64,000 nucleotides of DNA from an uncultured Acidobacteriota bacterium (GCA_963804995.1 CAWDSK010000005.1:480001-544000), one strand, 5' to 3'; positions 30,083 through 43,171 are shown, counted from the stretch's first letter. Notes: generated by a model from the sequence alone, not told the origin. Made by a program: numbers and translations.

Positions 30083-30163
30083 TTCATAGCCCTCTCCGAG
30101 GGGAGAGGGTGGACCGCCGCCGGCGTTTTTATCAGCCGGGGCGGGACGGGTGAGGGGTCACTT
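30083..30163 (+). repeat. CCCTCTCC...GGGTGAGGGG intergenic repeat copy
   Basis: GCCCTCTCCGAGGGGAGAGGGTGGACCGCCGCCGGCGTTTTTATCAGCCGGGGCGGGACGGGTGAGGGGTCAC matches 19672-19742 (reverse) and 27734-27840. Confidence 0.85.
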
Positions 30164-30240
30164 CGCGGGCTGACGTCAAGAAGGCCCAGCGTGCAAACGT
30201 CATCCGTGACTTTGACGGAACCCTAAAGGGGGAGAAGTTC

Positions 30241-30605
30241 ATGGACAGTGCAATAAAATCCATGGTCCTCGGGCGGCGGGCACCGGCGGGCCGACCAATC
30301 CCAGCAGCCGTTACTATGGCTTTGCCGTGGAGTACTTCACCCGCGCCGATGGCGTCCAGGTGGCGTATTTGCAGCGCCGCATCATTCCGCAACCGGATAT
30401 CTACACTTCGCTCCAGAACTATGTGGTGGTGGACGGAGACCGACTGGATAACCTGTCGGCAAAGTACCTGGGCGATCCGCTTCTTTACTGGATGATTGTG
30501 ACGCTAACGGTGCGATGCGATCCGGATGAGCTGACCGCGCAGGTGGGCCGCACCATCCAAATCCCGCTGGCCTCGGGAATTCCCTCGGGAGCGCGCAATG
30601 GGTAG
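30241..30605 (+). CDS. eCIS LysM-domain protein; frameshifted
   Basis: SSRYY..VAYLQRRIIP..VVVDGDRLDNLSAKYLGDPLLYWMI..GRTIQIPL. Confidence 0.85.
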
Positions 30606-31736
30606 CCCCTTGTATCTGACACTCCTGGTGGGTCCGGTGGAGGCGGTGCCGGCCCCCAAGCCGGTCATGGATGCCCTGACTTCCGTGGAGGTCACTGTGT
30701 CAGCCACCGGCAAGAGCGGGTTTCAGCTTGAGCTTCACGCTGGCCAATAGCTCGCCGCTGCAAATCTTTTTCCTGCTGGCGATGGGGCGCGCCGATTCCC
30801 CTCATCCGCGTCATTCTGGTGGCGACTTTTGGCGGCCTGCCGCAAGTGGTTATGGATGGCGTGGTGAAACACCATGAGGTGGTGCCGGATGCGATGCAAG
30901 GTTCCTCCAAACTCGTGGTGACGGGCGAAGACCTTTCCGCCGTGATGGATTTGACCGACAACTCCGGAACTCCCTTCCCGGGAATGACGCCCGATCTGCG
31001 CGTCCTGACGATTCTTGGCAAGTACGCCATGTTTGGCATCGTGCCGAATGTGGTCCCGGTGGTTACTCCGGACGTGGAAGTGCCGCCGGAGAAGACCCCG
31101 AGCCAGAAGGGAACGGATTTGGCCTATATCCAGCAGTTGGCAAAGGAAGCGGGCTACGTTTTCTACATGCAGCCTGGGCCGCTGCCGGGGATGAGCCAGG
31201 CTTATTGGGGGCCGCAAATCAAGATCGGCGTTCCCCAACCGGCGTTGAACGTGAATATGGATTCCTGGACCAACGTGGAGAGCCTGAATTTCCGCTACGA
31301 ACCTCAGACGGCTATTACCCCGATTGTGTACATCCAGGATCAGATTACGGGGATGGTTATGCCCATTGCCGATCCCGGGCGTGAATCCCCTCATCCTCCC
31401 CTCGGAGTGGTGGTGCCCGTGCCCCAGAAGACCGAGGAGTTGAAGGACACGGCCAAGCTCCCGCCGGCGCAGGCGATCATGCAGGGCATGGCCAGGGCGT
31501 CGGAAACCGCGGACGTGGTGACCGGCGACGGCACGCTCAGTGTGTTGCGATATGGCGGGATTCTCCAGGCGCGGCAGTTGGTGGGGGTGCGCGGCGCCGG
31601 ATTGGCTTTTGACGGGCTGTATTACGTGGAGAGCACCAAACACCAAATCAAGCTCGGGGAATACAAACAGAGTTTCACTTTGAAGCGCAACGCGCTGATC
31701 TCCAATGTGCCGGTGGTTCCGACGGCGCCATTCTAA
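30598..31736 (+). CDS. eCIS baseplate hub (gp27/GpD-like, Afp8 N-terminal equivalent); frameshifts in first ~200 nt
   Basis: LTLLVGPVEAVPAP..SGFQL; VVTGEDLSAVMD; QKGTDLAYIQQLAKEAGYVFY; GVRGAGLAFDGLYYVESTKHQI..YKQSFTLKRN. Confidence 0.8.
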
Positions 31737-31760
31737 CGGCGCGAAGAGAAAGGGTCACTC

Positions 31761-32265
31761 GTGGGGAACTTTTTCGGGAAGTATCGCGGCACGGTCCTCG
31801 ACAACAACGACCCGATGAAGATGGGCCGCCTTTCCGTGCAGGTGCCGGATGTCTCCAACGTGCAGCCCTCGACGTGGGCCATGCCCTGTGCTCCCTTTGC
31901 CGGAACTCAATCCGGCGTCTTTGCGTTCCCGCCGATTGGCGCGAGCGTCTGGGTGGAGTTTGAACAAGGGAATAGCGATTACCCCATCTGGTCGGGATGC
32001 TTCTGGGGTTCCTCGGCGGAAGTTCCGCCTATGGCCCTGGCCGCGCCGCCCGGCGTGCAGGCATCGTGATCCAATCGGTCGGCCAGAAACACTGATGATC
32101 AGTGATGTGCCGGGCCCCACAGGCGGCATTCTGCTGAAGTCCTCGTCCGGGGCCATGATCGCGATTAACGATTCGGGAATCACCATCAGCAACGGGCAAG
32201 GGGCGACGATCACACTCACCGGCCCGAGCGTGACAGTCAATGAAGGGGCGCTGGTGGTGACGTAA
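31761..32265 (+). CDS. Baseplate assembly protein V / gp5 OB-fold spike; one frameshift near 32065
   Basis: FFGKYRGTVLDNNDP..GRLSVQVPDV..WAMPC..PPIGASVWVEFEQGNSDYPIWSGCFW followed by short beta-helix repeats. Confidence 0.88.
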
Positions 32266-32298
32266 AGTAGCACCGGGCCTTAGCCCGGCAGCCGGGAC

Positions 32299-32366
32299 TG
32301 TAGCGGCGGTCTCTGACCGCCGTGGCATTTGAAGCCCAAAACCGGCGGTCAGAGACCACCACTACA
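32299..32366. repeat. GTAG-type REP inverted doublet (REPIN-like)
   Basis: TGTAGCGGCGGTCTCTGACCGCCG (32299-32322) and inverted CGGCGGTCAGAGACCACCACTACA (32343-32366), 20-nt spacer. Confidence 0.85.
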
Positions 32367-32383
32367 ACGGAGGAGGTCCTGCA

Positions 32384-32710
32384 ATGGGAGGTTTTCTGCT
32401 TCATCAGGGCGCGACGGTCCTTTGCAGCCACGGAGGGCAGGCGATGCCCACCGCGCCCAATCCGCGGGTGACGGTCAGCGGCCAGCCGACCGCTCTTCTT
32501 CCCGTGCCTTGGGTGATCGCGGGGTGTCCGCTGGTGCCGCCACCGCTTCCTCCCTGTGTGACGGCGCAGTGGGTGATGGGGACGACGCGCGTGACTTCCA
32601 ACGGGCAGCCGCTGGTGATTCAAACCGGTCAGGCGGTCTGCGTTCCCACCGGAACGCCGCTTCTCCCCGTGACGGCGCAGACGCGCGTTAGGCGATGTGA
32701 GGCATTATGA
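32384..32710 (+). CDS. PAAR-like (DUF4280-type) spike tip protein
   Basis: GATVLCSHGG, IAGCP, PCVTAQW, AVCVP; sits between spike and gp25; GGAGG RBS; true stop may be TGA at 32700. Confidence 0.78.
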   Translation: MGGFLLHQGATVLCSHGGQAMPTAPNPRVTVSGQPTALLPVPWVIAGCPLVPPPLPPCVTAQWVMGTTRVTSNGQPLVIQTGQAVCVPTGTPLLPVTAQTRVRRCEAL

Positions 32711-33074
32711 ATGTGAAATACCCGTACGGATTCGACAGCAGCGGGCGCACGGCCGCAGACCGATTTGCCCGGTCATATCAGCGACATGATCGAGCAGATT
32801 CTGCTGACTTCGCCCGGAGAGCGCGTGAATCGTCCGACCTTTGGCTGCGGGTCACTCGCAACTGGTGTTCGCGCCGAATAGCGATGCCCTGGCGGCGACG
32901 CAGCAGCAAGTGATTCAAGCCTCCTTGCAGCAGTGGCTTTCCGACCTCATTCGCGTGAACGCGGTGGATGTGTCTGCCCAGGACTCCACGCTGCTGATTA
33001 CGGTCACTTACACGATCATTCAGTCTCAGCAGCAGCAGACCCAGCAGTTCGTTTATGGCGGAGCTACGACATGA
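32707..33074 (+). CDS. GPW/gp25 family baseplate protein (Afp9-like); frameshifted
   Basis: YPYGFDSSGRTA..HISDMIEQILLTSPGERVNRPTFGCG..QLVFAPNS..LQQWLSDLIRV. Confidence 0.88.
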
Positions 33075-35547
33075 TTTATTTTTGCTCACAAAAGAACCGC
33101 CGCGCCCTGGTGTTGCAGCACCCCACCCTCAATGGCATCGATTATCTGGAAGTGCCGAGAGGGGATGGCGACTGCGGCAAGCAGCTTCTGATTACGCTGC
33201 TCAAGGATGCGTCGCAACCTCACCCTGGAACCATCCCAGGTGCAGATTACCGGGGGGACGGCGACCTCCCAGGTGAAGGTTCTCTCCGTTTCTGTGGGCA
33301 CGAATGCCGCGCCGCGCGTGGTCACCGTGCAGCTTGACCAGTCCGGTGACTTTTCACACTTACACGCTTTCACTCGTCGCTAACTCTTCCACCACCGACC
33401 CTCCGGACGGCTTTGACCCGCAGCTTTCCACGGTCGACGTTTTCTTTCAAGGCCGGTTGCCCAACCGTTGGCGATTGCCTCCCGTGCAATTGTTGCCCGC
33501 CGGATACGACGCCCGAGCCGGACATCAATTATCTGGCCAAGGACTTCGGCGGCTTCCGGCAGGTGATGCTGGACCGCATGGCGGTACTCGCGCCTGCCTG
33601 GAACGAGACCCACGCCGCCGACATCGGCATCGCCCTGGTGGAATTGCTGGCTTACGCGGCCGATCACCTCAGCTACCAGCAGGACGCGGTGGGCACGGAG
33701 GCGTACCTGGGAACGGCGCGCAGCCGCATTTCGCTGCGCCGGCTCGCGAAGCTCGTCGATTACCAGATCGACGAAGGCAGCAATGCGCGAGCCTGGGTTT
33801 ACCTGAAGACTGCGAAGGATGGAGTCTTCATTCCCTCCGGGACTTTGATTTTTCCTCGCGTTCCGGGTTTTCCCACGGCTGTTCAGCCCAACACCCCACA
33901 GGCGGCCACGCTCCTGAGCAGCCCCCTGGGGTTCGCCACCATGCAGGACGCCGAGCTTTACCTGGAGCAGAATGAAATCCAGTTCTACACTTGGGGTGAT
34001 TCCGATTGCTGCCTCGCCAACGGCGCCACCTCGGCCACTCTGGTCGGGAATCTCACCACCCTGAGCCCGGCTCCATTCTGGTCTTTGAAGAAGTGATGGG
34101 GCCGAACACCGGCGATCCGGAAGATGCGAATCCCAATAACCGCTGGGCAGTCCGTCTGACCGGAGTGCAGATCACCGATCACTTGAACCGCCCGTTGGTG
34201 GATCCGCTGAACAGACAACCCATTACGCAAGTTTCCTGGGCTGCGGAGGATGCGCTGCCGTTCCCGTTGTGCATTTCCTCCACCACGGACGCCGGACACG
34301 GATCCCAGGCGCTGTTTGGGGTCAGCGTGGCGCGCGGCAATATCGTTCCGGCTGACCATGGCGTCTGGCAGGGGCTCCGGGAGGATCTGGGCCAGGTTCC
34401 GGCGGCGCCAGCGGCTCCGGTGACGGAAACAGTTGTGCGTGCACTTGCCAGGGCACTCCGCTCCCGCCACGGCCCCGGTATTACCCCGAGCTCTCCAAGT
34501 CGCCGGTGACCTTCGCCTGGCCTTTCGATACTACGGGGCCGGCCTCTCAGGTTCCTCACGCCTTCCTCCTCCGGCACATCGCGCGCCGCTCCCCGAAATT
34601 ACGGTGCAGGACGATCAAGGCCAGGCCTGGGATGTGCTCGAAGATCTGCTGTCGAGCGATGACTCCCAGCGCGTCTACGTGCTGGAAATTGAGCGCGACG
34701 GCTCGGCCTTCCTGCGCTTTGGCGATGGGCAGTACGGCATGGCGCCGGAGACGGGTACGGATTTTCAGGCGCGTTATCGCGTCGGAAATGGAAGCGCCGG
34801 GAACGTCGGGACGCGACTCGCTCGCCCATGTTTTGACCAATGTCCAAGGCGTCGCCGAAGTGCGCAATCCCCTGGCAGCGGCGGGCGGAGTTGACCCGGA
34901 AACCATGGAGCATATCCGCCAGCAGGCGCCTTTTGCGTTCCGCACCCAGCTTCGTGCCGTGACCGAAGATGATTATGGCGTCATGGCCGAGCGCGATCCC
35001 GCCATTCGCGAGGCGCGCGGCACGCTGCGTTGGACCGGGAGTTGGTATACCGCGTTTGTTTCCGTCGACACCTTCGCCCCGAGTGGACCTGACGCCACGC
35101 TGCTGGCTAGCGACCCAAACCCGGTTGAATCTGTTTCGCATGATGGGAGTGGACCTCGCCGTGGAAGGCGCGGTGATTGTCGGGCCTGCGCATCGAGATG
35201 AACATCTGCGTGGACCCGGACTTTTTCCAAGCGGATGTCCAGACTGCGCTCCTGCGAGCTTTTCGTTACCGGCAATCTCTGCACCGGCCAGCCGCGGGAT
35301 TCTGAATCCGGAAAACTTTACCTTCGGCCAGACGATTTATACCAGCCCGTTCATCGCCGCCGCGCAGGGCGTCCAGGGCGTTACCTCTGCGACGATGACG
35401 GTGTTTCAGCGGATGGATGATCCGTCGATTGATGGTGTGGCGCTGGGTTATCTCACCATGGGCAGGCTGGAGATCGCGCGCTGCGATAACGATCCGAACC
35501 GGCTCGATCACGGCATTTTTGTTTTGCATATGGATGGTGGAAAATGA
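33071..35547 (+). CDS. Baseplate J-like assembly protein 1 (Afp11-like); many frameshifts
   Basis: LNGIDYLEV; INYLAKDFGGFRQVMLDRM; ELLAYAADHLSYQQDAVGTEAYLGTAR; LRFGDGQYG; AAGGVDPET; RAVTEDDY; RWTGSWYT. Confidence 0.88.
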
Positions 35548-38385
35548 ACGGCTCCTGCGAGTCTCCCCAGCCAGAGCTTTGCGGCTGCTGCCAGGGTATC
35601 GGCACCGAAACACCCGAACCGATTACCAATCGGCCCGGGCTCAGTGCCATCAGCTATCGCGTAGGCACGCACAGGACCTTTTTGGCCAGCTTGCTGGCGG
35701 CGCTCTCCGATTCGAACCTGCCGGCCCTGGCTCCTCTGCGCACTCGCGATGCCTCGGATTTTTCCATCGCCCTCCTCGATGCCTGGGCAACTTCGCTCGA
35801 CATCCTGAGCTTTCTATCAGGAACGAATCGCCAACGAATCGTATCTGCGAACCGCTGTTGATTCGTCATCCGTGATGGCGCTGGCCCAATTGGTGGGATA
35901 CAAGCCCTCGCCGGGCGTGGCCGCTTCAACTTTTCTCGCCTTCACGCTCACCAGCGCGCCGGGTTCTCCGGACAATGTCCTGATCCCCGCGGGAACCCGC
36001 GTGCAGAGCGTGCCCGCTCCCGGGCAGTCGCCACAGGTATTCGAAACCTCCGCCGACCTCACGGCTTTGATTGAACAGAACGCGATTCCTGCCCAGACCA
36101 CAATTCCCTGGCAGCTTCAGGGATCAGACATGAGCACCTGGATTCAGGGAGCCGCGAACAACATCAACATCGGCGATGCTCTGCTTTTCCTCACCGCGAA
36201 GTCGGGCCAACTGGTGGCCACGGGGCCGGGGGACGTTCATTATGTGACGGCGGTAAGCATCGACTCGGTCTCCGGAAACACTCAGATGTTCTGGGATCAG
36301 CCGCTGTCGTCGTCTTTCACTCAGGGCATGACTTCGGAGGATGTTTCCATCTTTATCTTCCGCAAGAAAGCTGCACTCTACGGCGTGCAAGCACCCAACC
36401 CGCTAACCCTTGGAACCACGACCTCCAATCCCAATCTCAGCTCGATTCCCGGATATCCCACCAGCATCGGAGCGGGCTCCGATTGGACCTTCTACTACCA
36501 GGACTCGAGCGACCAGATTAATCTCGACGCCTCGTACGCGGGGCTTGCTCCCCAAGCGAATGCCGCTCCACCCTGGATCGTGCTCACGGGTCTCGGCTAT
36601 ACCTCCTTCTTCCAGATCACGAAGGCTGTCGACTCGAATCCAGGCCGCTACACGCTGACCGCCAAGACCACTCAGCTCACCTCTCGCCCTAGGACAGTAT
36701 CCTCACCGGCGACACTTCTCTTACGCTCAACGAAGTGTTATGGGAATTCGTGCAGGAGACGCGCAATATTACGGCCTACGTGCAGAGCGTTCCACTTACC
36801 CCCACCGATCTACCCATCACGAATTGGACTGCGACCACCACCTATCCGCTCGCGGCCGGCATGATTGTGCCGGTCGAGGGAAGTTCGCTTTCCATCGTGG
36901 GAGGCCTCCAGCATCGCTCCCCATCAGCCGATCGGCATTTCCGGCAAGCGTGTGCGTCTTCAGGTGCTGCCGTCTGCCGGGGCCACCTTCACGCCGGACG
37001 GGTCATCCGCCGCGCTGACCGTTACCGATAACCAGATTTTCCTGGTTGATGCCTACCCGCCCGGCCACCGATGCGGCGAGCGGCAATCCGCTCTGGACTG
37101 TTCTGACCACCAGCAACGTCTCCGGCACACTCTCAGGTTGCGGCGGAATACGTGCAGTTCCTGCCTGCGGATCAGGGCGATCCGGTAACTGGTGAGGCCG
37201 CCGTGGTCAGCACCGTCAGGTGCAAGGGGATGTGGCCATGCTGGGTCTGCTGTCGCCCTTGGCGCGCATCTATGACGCGACTACCGTAAACGTCAATGCC
37301 AATGCGGTGGCGGCGACGCAGGGCGAGACGATGCATGAAATCCTGGGCAGCGGCGATGCCACCAACGCGGCGCTCGCAATTCACCTTGAAGCAGTCACCC
37401 TTGACCTACGTCAGTTCGCCGCTCGGCATGGGCGCGGATTCCACGCTCCAGGTCTGGGTAAACAATCTGCAATGGCACGAGGTGGATAACTTCCTTGACT
37501 CGGCTCCCACCGATCGCGTGTTCGTCACCCAAGTGGACGCCACTCAAAAAGTGACCGTCCAGTTTGGCGACGGCGAAGAGGGAGAGCGCACTCCGACGGG
37601 GCAGATGAATATCCGGGCCGTCTACCGCAAGGGCATCGGGGCCGCCGGCAATGTTCAAAGCGGCCAATTATCCCAGGCGCTGGACCGCCCCCAGGGGCTC
37701 AAGAGCGTGACCAATCCCGACCCGGCCACGGGCGGCGCGGACCCCGCCACCGCCGACGACGCCCGAGCCAGCGCGCCCTTGCACGTGTTGACCCTGGATC
37801 GCGTGGTGTCGCTCGAGGACTATCAAAACTATGCGCTGGCCTTCGCCGGAATTGCCAAGGCGCTCGCCACCTGGACATGGTCCGGCCGCACGCGGGGAGT
37901 ATTCCTGACGGTCGCCGGCGCCAACGGCACCGTGTTCCAGTCGGACGATCCCACGATTACCAATCTCAAGGCAGCGCTGTGGAACGCGGGCAATCCCTAT
38001 GTTCCGCTTGCAGGTCGCGTCGTATAGCCCGGTCCTCTTTGAAGTCGGCGCCAACGTTCGCATCGACCAGAACAATTACGATCCCACTCAAGTGCTTGGC
38101 GCAAGTGTGGCAGTCGCTCTCGACCAGCTTCAGTTTCGATCAACGCCAGATGGGCCAGGGCGTGGCGCAAAGTGAAATCATCGCTTTGATCCAGCAAACG
38201 CCAGGGGTGATCGCCGTGGAACTGACGGCATTCAACCGGCAAGGCCAGCCGCCGCCCGCCGGCGCGCGCTGCCACCGGTTTTGCTTGCCGCCTCGCCAGT
38301 TCCCGGCCAGGAGGGCACGCCGCAAGGCGCTGAGATGCTGCTGTTAGATCCAGCGTCGCAAGGGAATTTCGAGGTATGGTCATGA
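35544..38385 (+). CDS. Baseplate J-like assembly protein 2; many frameshifts
   Basis: CGCCQG..NRPGLSAISYRVGTH; DFSIALLDAWA; LAQLVGYKPSPGVAA; EILGSGDA; VQFGDGEEG; TLDRVVSLEDYQNYA. Confidence 0.88.
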
Positions 38386-40674
38386 GCCTGGACGCCGCAC
38401 AACTTTACGCCCTGTTACCCGCCATTTATCGCACTCGCGATGCGGAAAACGGCGAGCCGCTCCAGGCCTTGCTCTCGGTGATCGCTGCGCAGGCCGCCAT
38501 CCTGGAAGAGAACATCCAGCAGCTTTACGATGACCAGTTCATCGAAACGTGCGCGCCGTGGGTCATTCCTTATATCGGCGATCTGGTCGGCTCCAACACG
38601 ATTTACGAGATTTCCGGGGCAGCGAGCGGCAGGCGCGCCGAAGTTGCCAACACCATCGGGTATCGGCGGCGAAAGGGCACCGTGTTGGCCCTGGAACAGG
38701 TCGCGATGGACGTTTCGGGGCTGCCCGCCGCGGCGGTTGAGTTTTTCAAAAGACTGATCACCACCGAAAGCATGCGCCACGTTCGCCCCTACCACGCGGC
38801 AACCGTCGACTTGCGCCGAGGGTTGGAACTGGAGCGGCAAGGCTCCGCCTTCGACACGCTGAACCGCACCGTGGACGTTCGGCGAATCGCCCCGCGCGTC
38901 CGCACGGTGTCAGACCCGGACCCGACTCCTCTGGACATAAATCTGCACGGGGGCGGACGATTCAATATTCCGGACGTGGGCGTCTACCTCTGGCGCTGGA
39001 AGATCTTTCCGGTGACCCAGGCCCCTGCGTTTCGCGTGGATGCCGCGCGATATATGTTCAGCCCCTTGGGACAGGACATGCCGCTGTTCAATGCCCTGCG
39101 CGCCCCGCGACTCGTTCAGCCGTCTGACCACACGCCTCGATGTGCCCCAGCCGATTTTGCGGCGCGAGTTTTACAAGAATCTCCAGCAGTTCTATGGGCC
39201 GAACAACAGCGTCGCGGTCTACGCGGATGGCGCCCTCATTGATGCGTCAAAGATTTGCTGCCGCGATCTTTCCGATCGCCCGGACCATTCGTGGGGCTGC
39301 ACTGCCTCAGGGAAGGTTGCGATCGACCCGGTCCTGGGCAGAATCCAACTGGCGGCGGATTTCCCCGTGCCGCAAGCAGTTGCAGGTAAGTTACTGCTAT
39401 GGATTTCCGGCTGAAATCGGCGGCGGCCCGTATGACCGCACCCCGAATCTTCCCACCCTCGATCCCAGCCAGTTCAACTACGTTGCGGTGGTCGGATCCA
39501 GCGCGGCGCCCACCCTGGAAGAAGCGATTGCCGACTGGAATCTTCTACCCGCGGGTTCCAGGGACTGATTATTCTGCCGGGTTTTGAAACGCTCGACGTG
39601 AATCTTACAGGGGCGGCCGCCATCGCTTTGCCCGCGCAGAGCCAACTGTGGATTCTTTCCGCCCAACTGCATCCTTCCGGTGGAAACAATTTCACCTATG
39701 AAGATTCTTGCGTGGCTCCTGCGCGGCAATATCGAAGTCCAGGGACAGCGGGGCGCGCGGCGTTAACGTTCCGCCTGCCGGGCAGCTCTCCATCAGTGGC
39801 GTCTGGATTTCTGGATCCCTCCGGATTCTCGGCGACGCCGCCAATGTCCAATTGATGGATTGCACGCTCGTTCCCGGGAATCGCGCTCGAAGCGCTGTGG
39901 CATGCCGACGATGCCGGGCGAGCCGAGCGTTGTCGCTTCGGCTGCGGAGGTGAACCTGAGCCTCATCCGTTGTATCACCGGGCCGATCGGCGTCTGCCGT
40001 GGGAGGCACCACCCGAATCTGCTCGAGCATTATCGACAGCGGCTCGCGTTGTAGCGTTGCTTACGCCGCCGCGGATTTGGCTTCCGAGGGCGCGGATCTT
40101 CATATCGAGGACAGCACGGTCATCGGCAAGGTTCACGTCCGCCTGATGGAGTTGGCGTCGAATACGATCTTTCTGGCGCGCCTGGCGCGGCACGATCCGC
40201 TGGAAGGCGGCGTTGTGGTGCAGCCGCCAGCAGGCCGGATGCATGCGCTTTTGCTTTCTCCCGGCCAGCGCCATTACTCCCCAGCAGTTTCACTGCCTGC
40301 CCGCTGACCCCACCCAGGAAGATGCCTTGCAGCCCAAGTTCGTCATTCTGCGCTACGGCCATCCGTCTTATGGGTTGCTCAGCGGCGATACCCCGATGGC
40401 CATCTGGACCGGCGCTGACAACGGTTCTCAGATCGGTGTGTACAACCTCTTGCAGGAAACCCAGGCGGTGCGCAACGTCCAATTGCGGGCGCAGGAGTAC
40501 GTGCCATTCGGGTTGGAAGCAGGAGTCTTTTTGGAACCATCGCGCGCCGGTGGTCATCAAGCCGCGCCCATCTGCTTATGGCTACGGGCTGTCAAGGCCA
40601 GCACTTGGAATCTTTGCGGTGACGTCGAAGAGGACGATCTTAGATTCGTGGGTGTCGGCGCAGCCCTGATCTAG
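38382..40674 (+). CDS. Baseplate wedge / phage tail protein (Afp12 / P2 gpI-like); frameshifted
   Basis: LYALLPAIYRTRD; QLYDDQFIETCAPWVIPYIGDLVG; RAEVANTIGYRRRKGT; VAIDPVLGRI; RYGHPSYGLL; EYVPFGLEAG. Confidence 0.85.
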
Positions 40675-40744
40675 CGCTACGCGAGCGCATGAGGCAATGG
40701 GACCGGAATCAAGGCTGATCCCTCAAGAACAGGAGAAGCTCACC

Positions 40745-43171
40745 ATGAAAGGCGACTTTAGTCAGACTGCGGTTTAGTCCTGGGCAAGAATTACACTTCC
40801 GTGCTTCAGCAGCAGGGACGTGTCTCCCTGGATGCCGACGCGAACGAACAGTGCGCGATCAACGACTATCTCCGCACCACGGAGACGGTCGATATCGTCG
40901 GAACGGTAGGCGGGCCGGTAGCAGATGAAGGCTTCAAATCGCCGTGCAAGGCGACACCCTTGAGATCGGCAAAGGGCGCTATTACGTTGATGGGATTCTC
41001 TGTGAGAATGAGCAGCTCCTGCCATACTCGGACCAGCCCTATCCTGATCAACCCCAGCCCGACACGATCCAGCGCTTCTCAATAGTCTTCGCCAGGGCTC
41101 GATCAGCGTCATCCAGGTTTATCTCCAGGTCTGGCGGCGGCTGGTAACGGCCCTGGATGATCCCTGCCTGCGCGAGCCGGCCCTCGGCCAGGCGGATACC
41201 ACCGCCCGCCTGCAAACCGTTTGGCGGGTGGTGGCCCATTCGCGGGTGGCATCCGCAACGAGTACGGCCGACGTCTGCCAACATCCAGCCCCTCCTTGCC
41301 CTCCGCCACGATCTTGGACATCGCCACCGCGACCTTCAACATGTCGTCGCGGATGTTGCGATCCGCAGAACATGTTGTGACAGCAATGGAGGTGGACCAC
41401 GCCGGCGTTGCGGGCTCCGGGCACGACTGAGTGCGCAAACCAGCGGTGGCTCAGGAGACTGCTCCTGCCAGCCCACGCCGGCGGCCGGCTATCGCGGCCT
41501 GGAAAACCAGCTCTATCGAGTTGAAATCCACCAGGCCGGCAACGAGGCAGAAGCAACCTTCAAATGGTCGCGGGAGAACGCCTCCGTCGTCGTGGCGATC
41601 ACGGGCGTTTCCGGCAGCCAGGTTTATGTCGATAGTCTCGGCCCCGACGCCAACCTTGGATTCGCTCCCGGACAATGGGTTGAAATCTCCGATGACAGCA
41701 ACCTGTTCGGGCAAAATCCCAACCAGCCAGGCGATCTCTACCAAATCCAGAGCGTAAGTCCGGAAACGCTCAGCGTTACCATGACGCAACCGGTGGCGTC
41801 GGTAGACCCGAGCAAGAACGCGCGAATGCGGCGCTGGGACCAGTTTGGGTCATCCGCCGGCTTCGAACGGCATAAGTCTTTCCGCAGGCTCATGGCTCGA
41901 TTTGGAGAACGGAATCCAGGTCCAATTCACCAAGGGGCCAGTACGAGTCGGGTGATTACTGGCTCATTCCGGCGCGCACCGCCACGGGGCAAATCGAATG
42001 GCCACCTTGCAGTAGCGACGGCAACGCTTTCCAGCCTCCCCATCGCATCGAGGTCTTTCTTGCTCCCTTGGCTTGCATTCAATGGGACAGCCAGAAGCGT
42101 GTGGCCCACGTGCAAGACTGCCGGAAGTCGTTTTATCCGCTCACCGCATTGACGCCACCCGCGGCTCCGACGGCCCTGCACGTCTCGAAATTCAGTTGGG
42201 CAAACGACGATGTGATGACACTCGATCAGTTGGTGGCCAACGGATCTCGACCATCACGCTCGACCAGGCGCCGACCAGTCCCATCAACGGAGCAAACTTC
42301 GTCGTCACGCTTGGAGCCTGCGGCTCCGCCCGCCAGCACTCGGCGACCGCGAGCGCATTGGCATCTGCCAGCGCCGCAAGCGAGGCACTGCCGTCCACGA
42401 TTCTGCGCGGCATTACGATTGTCGATGCCAAGATCACCGTGAGCAGCGCAACACTTTCCTGGCAACTGCCGTATCTTCAAGCGAACGCTGCGCAGCGCAT
42501 AACTATTCTGTTTCTTGACGAGCTGCTTTCCTTTGGCGCGCCCGCCCGGTGGTTTGCGCGGGCGCGAGTCAGATTGCTGGGCCGCGCGATCTTCTCGGGA
42601 AGCGGCGCCAGTCAGCTTTTTCTGGATGGCCAGAGCTTTGGCCAGTCGGCCACTCGCGCGGACGGAAAAACGCCGCGCATCGATCTGCAACTGCCCTCGG
42701 GCAACGGTGAGAAGGCCAGCGACTTCGAGGGATGGTTCTATGTTGCGCCCACGCTCCTGCTGGTTTCGGTCGCGGTGAATTATCCCGCGCTGACGGTGGT
42801 TGTCGAACTCCAACAACGCAGTGACGGGTGTGCAGGCTACTCCGGCGGGTGGCACTACGCCCCAAACCGTCACTCCCCAAGGCAACGGTCACGGTGAGCT
42901 ATCCCGCCATTGCCGACACCACGATCAATCTGGCGCTCTCAGGAGCCAGCGGCGTGGGCACCGTTGCAAACATTCCATCGACGCGTGACGGTGAAGAAGA
43001 ACACGACCGCCGCCAATTTTCCCATTTCGATTCTGAGCAATCCCGGGGCAAACACCACGCTCACTTTTCAAATCACCGCCTCGCTGAATTCGGCGGTCGG
43101 ACCGGTGGGCGCCCAGAGCGCTTCCTTTACGCGTGACCGGCGTCCAACCGCCGTCGCCGATCTTTAAGTAG
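40745..43171 (+). CDS. DUF6519-domain tail-fibre-like protein; many frameshifts
   Basis: MKGDFS..VLQQQGRVSLDADANEQ; IGKGRYYVDGILCEN; GYRGLENQLYRVEIH; TFKWSRENASV; LENGIQVQF; GDYWLIPARTATG. Confidence 0.85.
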
